From NCBI RefSeq assembly GCF_011386835.1, contig NC_088800.1, forward strand, positions 81,778,001 through 81,842,000: a stretch of 64,000 bases of DNA, written 5' to 3'. Source of the DNA: Chrysemys picta bellii. Its lineage: Eukaryota. The position numbers were made by a program, and so were the translations under genes. A model generated the notes under the pieces. The model worked only from the letters and a program-made list of their open reading frames with translations, did no database searches and was not told the DNA's origin. Of this stretch, positions 35,107 through 44,900 are shown in pieces; the first letter of the stretch is position 1; the number at the start of each line of letters is the position of its first letter.

Positions 35107-35282
35107 TTTCAGAGTAGCAGCCGTGTTAGTCTGTATCCGCAAAAAGAAGAACAGGAGTACTTGTGGCACCTTAGAGACTAACAAATATGCATCCGAAGAA
35201 GTGGGCTGTAGTCCACGAAAGCTTATGCTCTAATAAATTTGTTAGTCTCTAAGGTGCCACAAGTACTCCTGTTCTTCTTTTT
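35107..35282 (+). mobile_element. Penelope-like terminal-repeat mini-insertion (copy 1) with hammerhead motif
   Basis: TSD AAAGAAAAGATT (35097-35108 / 35283-35294); perfect 46-bp inverted repeat 35141-35186 / 35237-35282; inverted-plus-direct terminal-repeat layout typical of Penelope-like elements. No RT or GIY-YIG ORF present. Confidence 0.8.
35189..35228 (+). ncRNA. Minimal type-I hammerhead ribozyme motif (U4C core variant)
   Basis: GCAU / CCGAAGA / A / GUGGGC-UGUA-GUCCAC / GAA / AGCU / U / AUGC = stem I, core, stem II, GAA, palindromic stem III, CUU cleavage triplet, stem I'. Activity untested. Confidence 0.75.
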
Positions 35283-35590
35283 AAAGAAAAGATTGTTTTA
35301 GACAGAAGGAGAGTGTAGAATCCATTTCCTCCCACTTCAAGAGCTTTAACTACTTTCAGTCACTATGATTTAAGGGGAAATTTAGTTTACACTTGAAACC
35401 CACTTTCCCAACAGTCCCATTCTTTAAAACAAGCCCAAATCTTCATGTGCTGCAAAAGAGGGAGGAAATCACTTTCCATCTCAACAATGATTTTGTCCCA
35501 GCCTCTGCTACGTTACCTCCAACTTCAATTCTGCCATCCCAGCCAGCGAGGTGCTGGGGGCATAAAAGAGACAGACAGGCAATCTGAGAT

Positions 35591-35790
35591 TATTTCACTA
35601 GGAGGGTGGTGAAGCACTGGAATGGGTTACCTAGGGAGGTGCTGGAATCTCCATCCTTAGAGGTTTTTAAGGCCCAGCTTGACAAAGCCCTGGCTGGGAT
35701 GATTTAGTTGGGGTTGGTCCTGCTTTGAGCAGGGGGTTGGACTAGATGACCTCCTGAGGTCCCTTCCAACCTTGATATTCTATGATTCTA
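35591..35790 (+). mobile_element. CR1 LINE 3' end (5'-truncated)
   Basis: ..GTGAAGCACTGGAATGGGTTACCTAGGGAGG..GGACTAGATGACCTCCTGAGGTCCCTTCCAACC..ATTCTATGATTCTA tail. Confidence 0.93.
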
Positions 35791-35999
35791 GGGATCCCCA
35801 AAATAGAAGTATCAAGACCCTGGCTCCAACTTCCTGTTGCTTTCCCAGCCCCCCGAGCAGAGGCAGCTGCTGCTAAACTCCTTTCAGCTCAGCCCAGCCA
35901 AGGCACAAAGCCCAGACAGTTCAGGAGAAGAGGAGAGAGACAGCGACCCCCAGCCCCGCCTGCACCTGGGGCTAATGCCAGCAGATTTACCCGGATCCC

Positions 36000-36500
36000 G
36001 CTGCACCTGGCTCAGGGCCTCTCTAGACTACAGCCCCCGCGCTGGGAAAGGGCTGAGGGTCCCCGGTGGGAATCCGCCGCACTTACCAGGCTCCCAGCGC
36101 GCCGGGGCTGCCGCAGCTCGGAGCAGACTCAACCCACTCGCACCTAGAGCAGCACCATGCCCCCGCGCCCCGGGGCTGGAATCTTCAGACATGCCCCGCC
36201 TCCCTCTCAGCCAATCGCCGAGCAGCCCGCGGGCCCCGCGCAGGGAACCTTCGGAATCGCCTCAACCAATCGGAGGCGCGCGTGCCATCCGTCCCGCCCT
36301 CTGCCCCCACACTATTGGCCAAGCCGGGCCCGCCAGCCCCAGAGCAGCACGTGGGTGGGGGATGATGCTAGTGGGTTGCCAGAGCCCCTCGCCCGGGCCA
36401 CGTTGGGGGTGGCGAGGGAGGAGGAGGGGCCCGATGCCCAGCGGGAGGGGAGCATGGAGAGCCGCAGAGCTCCGCCGGCTCGCAGCATGCGGGAACGGGG
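36000..36500 (-). promoter_or_regulatory. SHMT1: SHMT1 CpG-island promoter and non-coding first exon (3' end at 36087)
   Basis: Minus-strand donor CTG|GTAAGT at 36087/36086; CCAAT at 36211 and 36266, ATTGG at 36314; GC boxes CCCCGCCTCC 36194 and TCCCGCCC 36292. Confidence 0.75.
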
Positions 36501-38372
36501 AGATCGACCCTAGCAGACAGCGTGGGGGTGGGGTAAATCCGCCTCTGGGTAGGCAAGGGGGATCTCCCCGCCGGCTGAGGAAGGGCGAGCTCTTTGCCTC
36601 TGGGAGCCTGGCCAACACCCAGAGCTCTTTACTATCCGGGTCCTCGCAGTGCATCGCTCCCCCTTCCCCCAGTAGGCACCTGCACTCATGCAACTGTTAC
36701 AGCCCCCACCCCTCCATCCGTGCCAATCCACAGAGACTAGCACTCAATGCAGCCAGAGCTGGCGCTAGGCATAAGCAGGCTAAGCAATTGCTTGGGGCCC
36801 TGCGCAGCTCAAGCTCCCCCCCATTAATTATTAGTATGTAGGGTGGGGGGCTATTCCAGCTTAGGGCCCCCAATGGGCTAGGATCGGCACTGCACAGCCC
36901 AGCTGCAATGGTTGCTCTGTAACTCAAGTTGCAGTTGCAGAAGCTTTACAGCTGTGCAGGTCACTGGTTCAGTCCCCAGTGTGTCAGCCAAGTGGGCAGC
37001 CGTCACGCAATATTAAGGATGTGATTTTGAATTAATGAACCCTAGAAGGGGGCCTCCGCAACTTCTGCAGGGGCCTGTGCGTCTCGCATGGCAGAGGAGG
37101 GAGATCGGAGATCGAAAGCAGTAAGAGCAGGTTCCCTCCTGTTCTCAGGAACGATTAAAAGGCCAGGAGGAAAAACTGCCCTTGATGCGGACAGACAGGA
37201 GGCTCAGGCAGATTGTACCCACCTCAGATGGTCTCTCGAGGCATCTGTCCCTTTGCGATCCGCTTGGGGAATTCTCTTTGACTTGTGAGCCCAATACAAT
37301 AGTGAATTGGGCCACATGTCCCCAGCATTACAGCTTCCACTCGGGATGGGGTTGGGTCACTTGGCACATTTTCACAGCTGCACCTTTGAGACATCTTTCA
37401 TCCTGCCAACTAAAGTGATTGCTTGGGACAACATCTCGGGACAGGCTATGGCCAGAGATGCCAATGGGTTAAATTCTACTCCCTGTAAATTGAGGAACAA
37501 GACAGTGGAATAAATGATGCCCCGTAAATTCCCCATGAACTCAGGCCATGGAAAGACCAAACAAGCTATCCTGAATCACTCTCAGAGCCACTCACTGTCT
37601 CGAAAGCTTCTTGACAATAAGCCCAGCGGCTGCACTGCTCACCGTGCCCAGAAGCTGAGAGCAGAGAAGCGGTGAGAGGCATAAGGCAGCGGTGAGTGGT
37701 CCCAAGTTAATCCGAGTGCCAGGAATTAAATGGGGGTGGGGGGCAGTGAAAAAAGCAGGAGGGGGCTGGGACTTCAAAAGGGGATTTGCTTGTAAATGGG
37801 AGATTATAATAAATTATTATACTTTGTACTGAAAGATGTATCCTAAAAGGCACCTTGCTGAAACAGAATTCAATTATAAAGCACCAGGTAACAGGATCAC
37901 TGAGGGCTAGAATAAGGTACCATATTCAGTGCATGAGACTCCGATCCTACCAGCATCTCTGGCGAGATGCAGGGCCATTCAGAGCATATTAGGGGAGGTG
38001 TGGGCAAGAGAGGTGTTTTTTTGGTAGCTTGCCCATGTCTGATTAATTTCCTGGGTAGTTTTCACATGGGCTATGATCCTGAGTCCACTGAAATTGATGG
38101 CAAAACATCCACTGATTTCTAGGGGACCAGGATTTCACCCATGACTTAGAGCAGTGAGAAGACCACATGCCCATCCTAAAATGTTCCATTTGGTAGTGAC
38201 CGTATCACACCGACTGAGAGAAAGAGTAGCTTCTGTGCCCAGTGTCAACACAGAGCCTAAGCCTCTAGGGTCTCCAGGACCCATTCAGTGCCAGCCTTTG
38301 GAATACCATCTCCTCCTAACTGGAGCGTCACCTGCGCGTAACCCTGCCACAAAAATGTGCTCCTTCTTGGAG

Positions 38373-38724
38373 GCAGCCATGCCAAACCCGTGAAAAAAAC
38401 ACAGAAATTGGGCTTGTTTTTGGCTTGTGAGTTGCTTGTTGGCTAGTTTTTGGCTTGTTGCTTGTTTGGCTTGTTGCTTCTTTTTTTTTTGATCGGCTCC
38501 CGGCAAGCAGGGGGAAGTGGGGGCAAAGGGGGAGAGAGTCAGGGGTGCACAGAGGACCCACCACAGTCCCAGACTGCACGCCGGGGGGATCTAGTCACCT
38601 AGAGTGTTGGGGCTTTTAGGGATTGGCTTGTTTTGGCCTTGTTTTGAAATGGGATTAGCTTGATTTTTAGCTTATTGTGAAAATCAGGGTGCTTATTTAC
38701 CGTGTGAAAGTTGGCAACTGTGCT
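38373..38724. mobile_element. Degenerate non-autonomous DNA element with GTTGGCAAC-type end and internal TTGGCTTG repeats
   Basis: Right end GTTGGCAACTGTGC, eroded left end CAGCCATGCCAAAC; internal low-complexity repeats. Confidence 0.45.
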
Positions 38725-39081
38725 TGGAGGGAAATAGAGACTTTTTGTGTGTAGCTTTCTTCTTTTTTGCTGTTAGAGGAGAAAAGCGTCCCGGTGCGAT
38801 TCTCCCTGTGAGTTGGGTATTGTGCTTTCAAAGTTTCCATTTATAGTAGTGGGGCTCCAAGGTGCTCCAATGGCGGCTGAACTTATGCCTGAACATCTTA
38901 TTTTAACTGTTGGACAAAATCAGGCACCAGATACAGGGCTCCTTTAGGACCAGTTTCAGCCCTCTGATATTCACACACAGGTCTTCCCTACTCTCAGCTG
39001 TGGCACCTCCTTTCTGGGATCACGGCCAAGGTACTTAAATACCTTATGTCTCACTTTCCCCATCAGTAACATAGGTCTACC

Positions 39082-39276
39082 TTTCAGAGTAGCAGCCGTG
39101 TTAGTCTGTATCTGCAAAAAGAACAGGAGAACTTGTGGCACCTTAGAGACTAACAAATTTATTAGAGCATAAGCTTTCGTGGATGCATGCATCCGAAGAA
39201 GTGGGCTGTAGTCCACGAAAGCTTATGCTCTAATAAATTTGTTAGTCTCTAAGGTGCCACAAGTACTCCTGTTCTT
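39082..39276 (+). mobile_element. Penelope-like terminal-repeat mini-insertion (copy 2) with hammerhead motif
   Basis: TSD ATAGGTCTACCTTT (39071-39084 / 39277-39290); 65-bp inverted repeat with 1 mismatch (39119-39183 / 39212-39276). Confidence 0.85.
39189..39228 (+). ncRNA. Minimal type-I hammerhead ribozyme motif (identical to 35189-35228)
   Basis: GCATCCGAAGAAGTGGGCTGTAGTCCACGAAAGCTTATGC. Confidence 0.7.
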
Positions 39277-39493
39277 ATAGGTCTACCTTTGTAAAGTGTT
39301 GTTGAGAGCCTCAGATGAAAAGCTCTAGATAAGCACTGTCAATACTAAATGTCAGTTATTTCCCAGATTCATGGTCTTACGGGTTTTTGGTGCGCTGTTG
39401 TTGGCAAAAATTCTCACCTCACACCGATTGCCCGGCAACTGCCAGTGCTGCAAATAATAGCAGAAGTGTTCTTGTCTAGTTGCAGGAGCCCAG

Positions 39494-40579
39494 ATGGTGA
39501 TGGAAAACGTCTCTTCCTCTTCGCTGTTCTCAACCAGCTCCACCACTCAGCATGAAAACTCCACTGTGTCCAATTACTTCTCTGGCCTCCAAAAGAGCAT
39601 GCATATCCTTTCCATGGTGGTCTACAGCCTTGCGTGTCTGCTGGGGGTGACGGGCAATGGCCTTGTCATCTGGATCGCTGGCTTCAAGATGAAGAAGACA
39701 GTAAATGCCGTGTGGTTTCTAAACCTGGCTGTTGCTGATTTCATCTTCACCTTTTTTCTGCCCTTCAGCATCGCCTACACTGCCCTGGGCTTTCACTGGC
39801 CATTTGGGAAGCTCTTGTGCAAACTGAACAGCACCATTGCCTTCCTCAACATGTTTGCTAGCGTCTTCCTCCTAACAGTGATCAGCATAGACCGGTGCAT
39901 TTCGGTGATTTGCCCTGTGTGGTCTCATAACCACCGGACACCAAAGTTGGCTTCCAACATTGCCCTGGTCACATGGGTCCTAGCCTTCATCATCAGCTCT
40001 CCGTATCTTGTTTTTCGAGACACGGCTACTAATTCGAAGAACGTCACCAGCTGTTACAATAACTTTGCCCTGTCTGATGACTATAAATCTGAGGCGACAC
40101 GTCGGCTGTGGAGAATGAGGCACAAAGCTATGATCGTAACCAGATTCTTATGTGGGTTCCTCATCCCCTTCACCGTGATCCTTGTCTGCTACAGCATCAT
40201 TGCCGTCAGGATGAAAAGGAGCCATCTAGCCAGGTCCACTAAGCCTTTCAGGATCATTGTTGCTGTCACAGTGTCTTTTTTCCTCTGCTATTTCCCGTAC
40301 CATGTCTTCTGCTTGCTGGAAATGTCTAAAAACTCTTCCAATCAGGAGCTGAAAATGGCCCTTTACATAGGGATCCCCTTGGTTTCCAGTCTTGCCTTCT
40401 TCAACAGCTGTATCAACCCCATCCTCTATGTCTTTGTGGGGCAGGACTTCAAGGAGAAGTTCCGACAGTCCATCCTCTCTGCCTTCGAGGGGGCCTTCAG
40501 TGAGGACTCCATCCTGACCACCCTGGCCAGCAAGAGAAAATCCAGAGCCACTTCTGAAGCAGAAATTCCGGGGGTTTAA
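39494..40579 (+). CDS. Chemerin-like receptor 1 (CMKLR1)-like class A GPCR, 361 aa, single coding exon
   Basis: Seven hydrophobic segments; GNGLVIW, KMKKTVNAVWFLNLAVADF, WPFG..LCK, DRC, VFRDT, CYNNF, TRFLCGF, NSCINPILYVFVGQDFK closely match recalled human CMKLR1; N-glycan sequons in the N-terminus; pyrimidine tract plus AG just upstream. Not assigned the CMKLR1 symbol because the synteny differs. Confidence 0.93.
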   Translation: MVMENVSSSSLFSTSSTTQHENSTVSNYFSGLQKSMHILSMVVYSLACLLGVTGNGLVIWIAGFKMKKTVNAVWFLNLAVADFIFTFFLPFSIAYTALGFHWPFGKLLCKLNSTIAFLNMFASVFLLTVISIDRCISVICPVWSHNHRTPKLASNIALVTWVLAFIISSPYLVFRDTATNSKNVTSCYNNFALSDDYKSEATRRLWRMRHKAMIVTRFLCGFLIPFTVILVCYSIIAVRMKRSHLARSTKPFRIIVAVTVSFFLCYFPYHVFCLLEMSKNSSNQELKMALYIGIPLVSSLAFFNSCINPILYVFVGQDFKEKFRQSILSAFEGAFSEDSILTTLASKRKSRATSEAEIPGV

Positions 40580-41677
40580 TCAGTAGCTAATGGCCCAAAT
40601 TTTAGTGGTAAGTTACAGGAGACCCAGTTCTGTCCTCTGCCATGCCAGTGCAGTTCCCGTGGATTTCAATCAGAGTCGTATTGTGTCACTGAAGGCAGAA
40701 ATGGGCTCTGGGTGTGTGATTTGCTCCAGTTTGGATGTGCGAAACCTAGGGTGACTTACACACCAAGGAGGTGAAACAGCTGGATGGAGCGGGGCTGTAG
40801 AATGAAAAGCAACTGACAGAGGGTTGTTAAATAAGTAGCAACCCCGTGCCACATACGCTTTACACTCTCCTGTTGGTTGTTTTTCCTGCTATTTCCCCCT
40901 TTTTCATTTCCCTCAGTGTGTAAGTCACACTCATTTTGACACACCCATGGAGGACCAGATCAGTGCAAGTTACTCTGTTTTTGCCACTTCTGCTCATTGT
41001 TAACTTGAAACATAAGCACTGAATGTGGCCCAGAGAATGTAATGGCAGCTGGGTTATACCCAGTCTGCACTTGGCCCGTTACATCTAGATAAAGTTTGTC
41101 TGTTTTATTGCCCTGCCTTCACTGATACCTGCTGTAGCGTTCCCTTGGAAAAAAGCCAATATTTGCTTAGCAAAATGTGTTCCACAATACCCATGTTTAA
41201 AAGATGAAGATGCCATTTCAGGTTTCCTTTACCAGCAGTCAGACCGTACCAGTCATCAGTTCCGCGTTGCTCACCTTCTGTATAACATCCAGGACCTGAA
41301 GAGCCAACCCTTTAGGCCTAATGGCTTGTGTACTGTTATTTTGTTGGTCCCCTGACAGGTCTCCCAGCGTCTTCCTTATCTTATCAGGGTTCCCCGTAAA
41401 GAAATATTAGGATCCTCTCCACAGTGACTCATTTAACAAATGTCTTCTGTCCAGCGTAGCCTCGGGGATCACCTTGTGGATTCTGATGCAATACACCCAG
41501 GGCGAAACCCCACTTATATTTACAGCTGTGTAGCCTCATTGACTTCACCTGACTTCGGTCGGGTGGCAGGAGCGTAGCGGTAGCTGTTGCCAAGTGTCCT
41601 ACAAACTGCTCTTTGCAGAGGTCCCAAAATGCTTGGGTGCCACTAAGTGGCAACATGGTGCATTGCTGCTCCTATAT

Positions 41678-41804
41678 ATGCAACCGAAGAAGTGGGCTGT
41701 AGTCCACGAAAGCTTATGCTCTAATAAATTTGTTAGTCTCTAAGGTGCCACAAGTACTCCTGTTCTTTTTGCGGATACAGACTAACATGGCTGCTACTCT
41801 GAAA
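41678..41804 (+). mobile_element. Penelope-like solo terminal repeat (copy 3) with hammerhead motif at 41680-41719
   Basis: TSD CCTATATAT (41671-79 / 41805-13); same sequence as the direct arm of copies 1-2, ending CTACTCTGAAA; stem I reads GCAA rather than GCAT; AATAAA at 41723-28. Confidence 0.85.
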
Positions 41805-41864
41805 CCTATATATATATATGTACACACACAGAGGAGAAAGGGGGAAGATATTCTGATAAGTCCT

Positions 41865-41961
41865 AGAGAGTCCTGTTAGAGAGTCCTGTGGCACCTTTAA
41901 GACTAACAGATGTATTGGAGCATAAGCTTTCGTGGGTGAATACCCACTTTGTCAGACGCAT
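41865..41961 (-). mobile_element. Penelope-like terminal repeat, second subfamily (copy 4), hammerhead motif on minus strand 41959-41920
   Basis: Reverse complement GCGT CTGACAA A GTGGG TATTCA CCCAC GAA AGCT T ATGC followed by ..TGTTAGTCTTAAAGGTGCCAC; imperfect flanking duplication (T/C)CTGATAA(G/A)TCCT. Confidence 0.75.
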
Positions 41962-44900
41962 GTCCTGATAAATCCTGTTTACAAATAAGTGAGATCAGCA
42001 GATGTGAAGATCCTTTTTCATGTCATGTACTATTATCTGGTGCACTGGTCCTAGTGAACTAGAGGCTTAGGAGAAAATAACCGGTTCAGCAAAAAGGTGG
42101 CTGGAAGACATTGTATTATTGATCCTCTTCGCATTGTGTCCTTATCCTCGTTGATGCTATTGTGTATGGGCACGATCCAAAATGTACTGAAGTCAATAGA
42201 AAGGATTCCTTTACTCCCAGGAGTAATCCCTTTTGAGTTAATGGGACTACTCATGTGAGTAAAGTGATGTGTTTTTGCAGGACCAGGACTCTAGGTAGTA
42301 AAACTATATAATTTTCCTCCCAATATATACTGGGATGTGGACTAATAGCTGTGCCCTGTTACTCAGGTTTGATATAAAATACACGTTTTTCTGACTGGCA
42401 GCTCTCAATGTTAGACATTTTACTGTCTCTCAAATAGCTGAGACCTGATCGTTTGTACTTCACGTAATGAATGTTAAAAATCAATAAAAACATTTAAAAA
42501 CACACATCCTGTGGATCTAATGACTGTCGTGCCACCCTGTGCTGAAATGCATGGAAATACTCAATGATCACAACTGACCATGCAAGTTCACCTTGGGCAG
42601 TGGAACAACTAACCAAAACAGCCGAACCATCCGGAGACCACTGGTGTTAGGGGCAAAACTGAAGTAAATGGGGCTCCAACCTGGGCTCAGGGATCTGTGC
42701 ATGTGGGTCCAATTGCAAGACTGGGCTCCTCGCTTATGAGTTGATCTCAGTGGTTTTGATACATTGGAAAACCAGTGGGTTGCAAATGACGAAATAATAC
42801 CCCCCTTATGCCTCCAGGTTGTATCTGCTTGAGCGTCAGACTGGAAGCTGCTGCGAATGAGGGTTTTGGTTTTTGTTCAGCAGGAGTGATCAGTCTTTGG
42901 CCAGGTTTATTTTTTAGAAGGGAAAACCTATGATCAGGAAAGGCATTTCAGCATAGAGTGAGATGCTGGTCTAGGAGGCCGTCATGCCCTGTCCTTGTGT
43001 AACTTGTCCTCCGCTGCCTTTCCCTTCACCTAGCAGGTTTGGGAAACCCCGATGTTCAATAGCAGTCTGTTAATCCAAGTGAGAAAAAAGAGCATAAATT
43101 ATATCTGCTCTGCTCTCCCTACCTGTTAATATGGTTCGCACACATATGAACACGTTGTGTGGCTGCCTAGAATGAGAACTGTCACTCACATACATGTAGG
43201 GAGCCAGTAGGGGTCCACTGACCTATGCAGTATTTAACAGAATTAATGCAGACATTGATCCTTCCAATGCTTAACTTTAAGCATGTGAGTAATTCCATTG
43301 AACTCAGTGGGACTAGTCACAAAGTCAAGCACCCTGGTAAGCGCTTGCAGGGCTGGGTTCAGAGAGAGTTGACCTTTGCCAGCAATTGCTGACTGTTCTC
43401 CAGATCAAACTGCACCCGACAAGTGCAGTGTTTGTTCTGCAGTATGCAACTGAGGGGATATTTACTTACTCCCAGAGGTGAACTGCAGTATCAAGGTTGT
43501 TCAGACCAGCATTTGACCTCCTTGATTTTTACTTATGTTTGCAAAGTCCATGTAATTCCTACAGAGGAGTGGCTCTCACAGCACAGACCTTGGCACTTCT
43601 GATCCCGGCTCTGACTCTCTGACACAGATTCTCTGGACTAGCTACACTATGTTTGGCAGAAATCCAGAGGAGGAGGCCCCAATCCCAAGGCCTCTGGGCA
43701 CTGACCCAGTCCCCAACATAAAAGTGAGCAGCCTTCAGGGGGTATTTCGGCAGCAGGGTTCTGGGTGCCCCCACAACAGCCCTTTGTCCCACGAAGTGGC
43801 ACAACCACAAAGCAGCCTTTATGAACCACAGACTCCAGCTCCCCATGTGACAGAGAGAAAATGACTTAGGCCAAACTGTGCAACCATGGGTACCTAACAT
43901 TAATTGCCTAGATTTGTATTAATTTCAGTGGGAGCAGCAGGTGCCCAGTGCCTTTGAAAATCAGGCAACTTATTCAGGTGCCTAACTTTGTTGCCCAAAT
44001 ATGAAAATGTAGGACTCAACAGCTCTATGCCTCAGTGTCCATACCTGTAAAACGGGGATAATACATACCCTGCAGCATGTCTCAAGGGTGCGGTGAGGCT
44101 TAGTTATTATTTGTAATGCAGTAGTGCCTAGAAAGAAAGAAAATACACTAGTGTCTCAAAACAGTAAATCAAGCCCCACAAAACCCCTGTATGGTAGGTA
44201 TTATTACCCTCAGGAACTTAGATGTTAGTGTTAGGCATTATAGAAAACCCTATGGCAGACTAAAATCTTAGGGGTAAACTAAGGCACGGAAAGGTTTTAA
44301 TGTTCCAAGGGTCACACAAAGTCAGAAATAGAATCCTGGAATTCTACCTACCAGTCCCATGTCCCCACTTGACCCACCTCCTTTCTTGCCATCATTTACC
44401 TTTGCCCTCATTAACCCCCACTCACCCTGTCCTCTGCCTAAACATGCCTCCTTACAGACCTCTTTGTCAATTCATCCCACCCTGAACTTGGTGCCTTCTT
44501 TCAGGCCTCCTTGTATGCTCCAGAAGGCTTCCCCATAATGCCTGCCAGGTGCCCCATCTTCAAATCACTTCCAAAAAAACATGCGTTCTGAAGAGCGTAC
44601 CAGTGATAATATCCACGTGCCAGGATTGTTCACAGGTGCCAAGCACCCTCATGTCCCCTCCCTAGTCCATTATATACTGCCTTCTCCTGATGCCAGTGTC
44701 CCATTCTGACAGCAGTGTTGCCCCTCTGCTGAGCAGCAACAGATGTCTGAGGCCTTCCAGGTGGCTTCCCAGTGGAGAAGAAATCAGTGATGCCTGGGTG
44801 TATTCTAAGTGTAACTTGGGTCATTAACACACATACTCCAGGCCTGGAACAGAGGTGGTCAAACAGCACAGCAGGCAATCCCTTTTTCCAGGACTCTCAG

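Noticed and set aside
35837-36841. 334-aa plus-strand ORF
   Set aside because: Runs through the SHMT1 CpG island; Pro/Arg/Ala/Ser-rich, starts at TTG, no homology recognised.
35189-39228. Two identical hammerhead motifs exactly 4000 bp apart
   Set aside because: Different TSDs and no duplicated flanks; the round spacing is coincidence.
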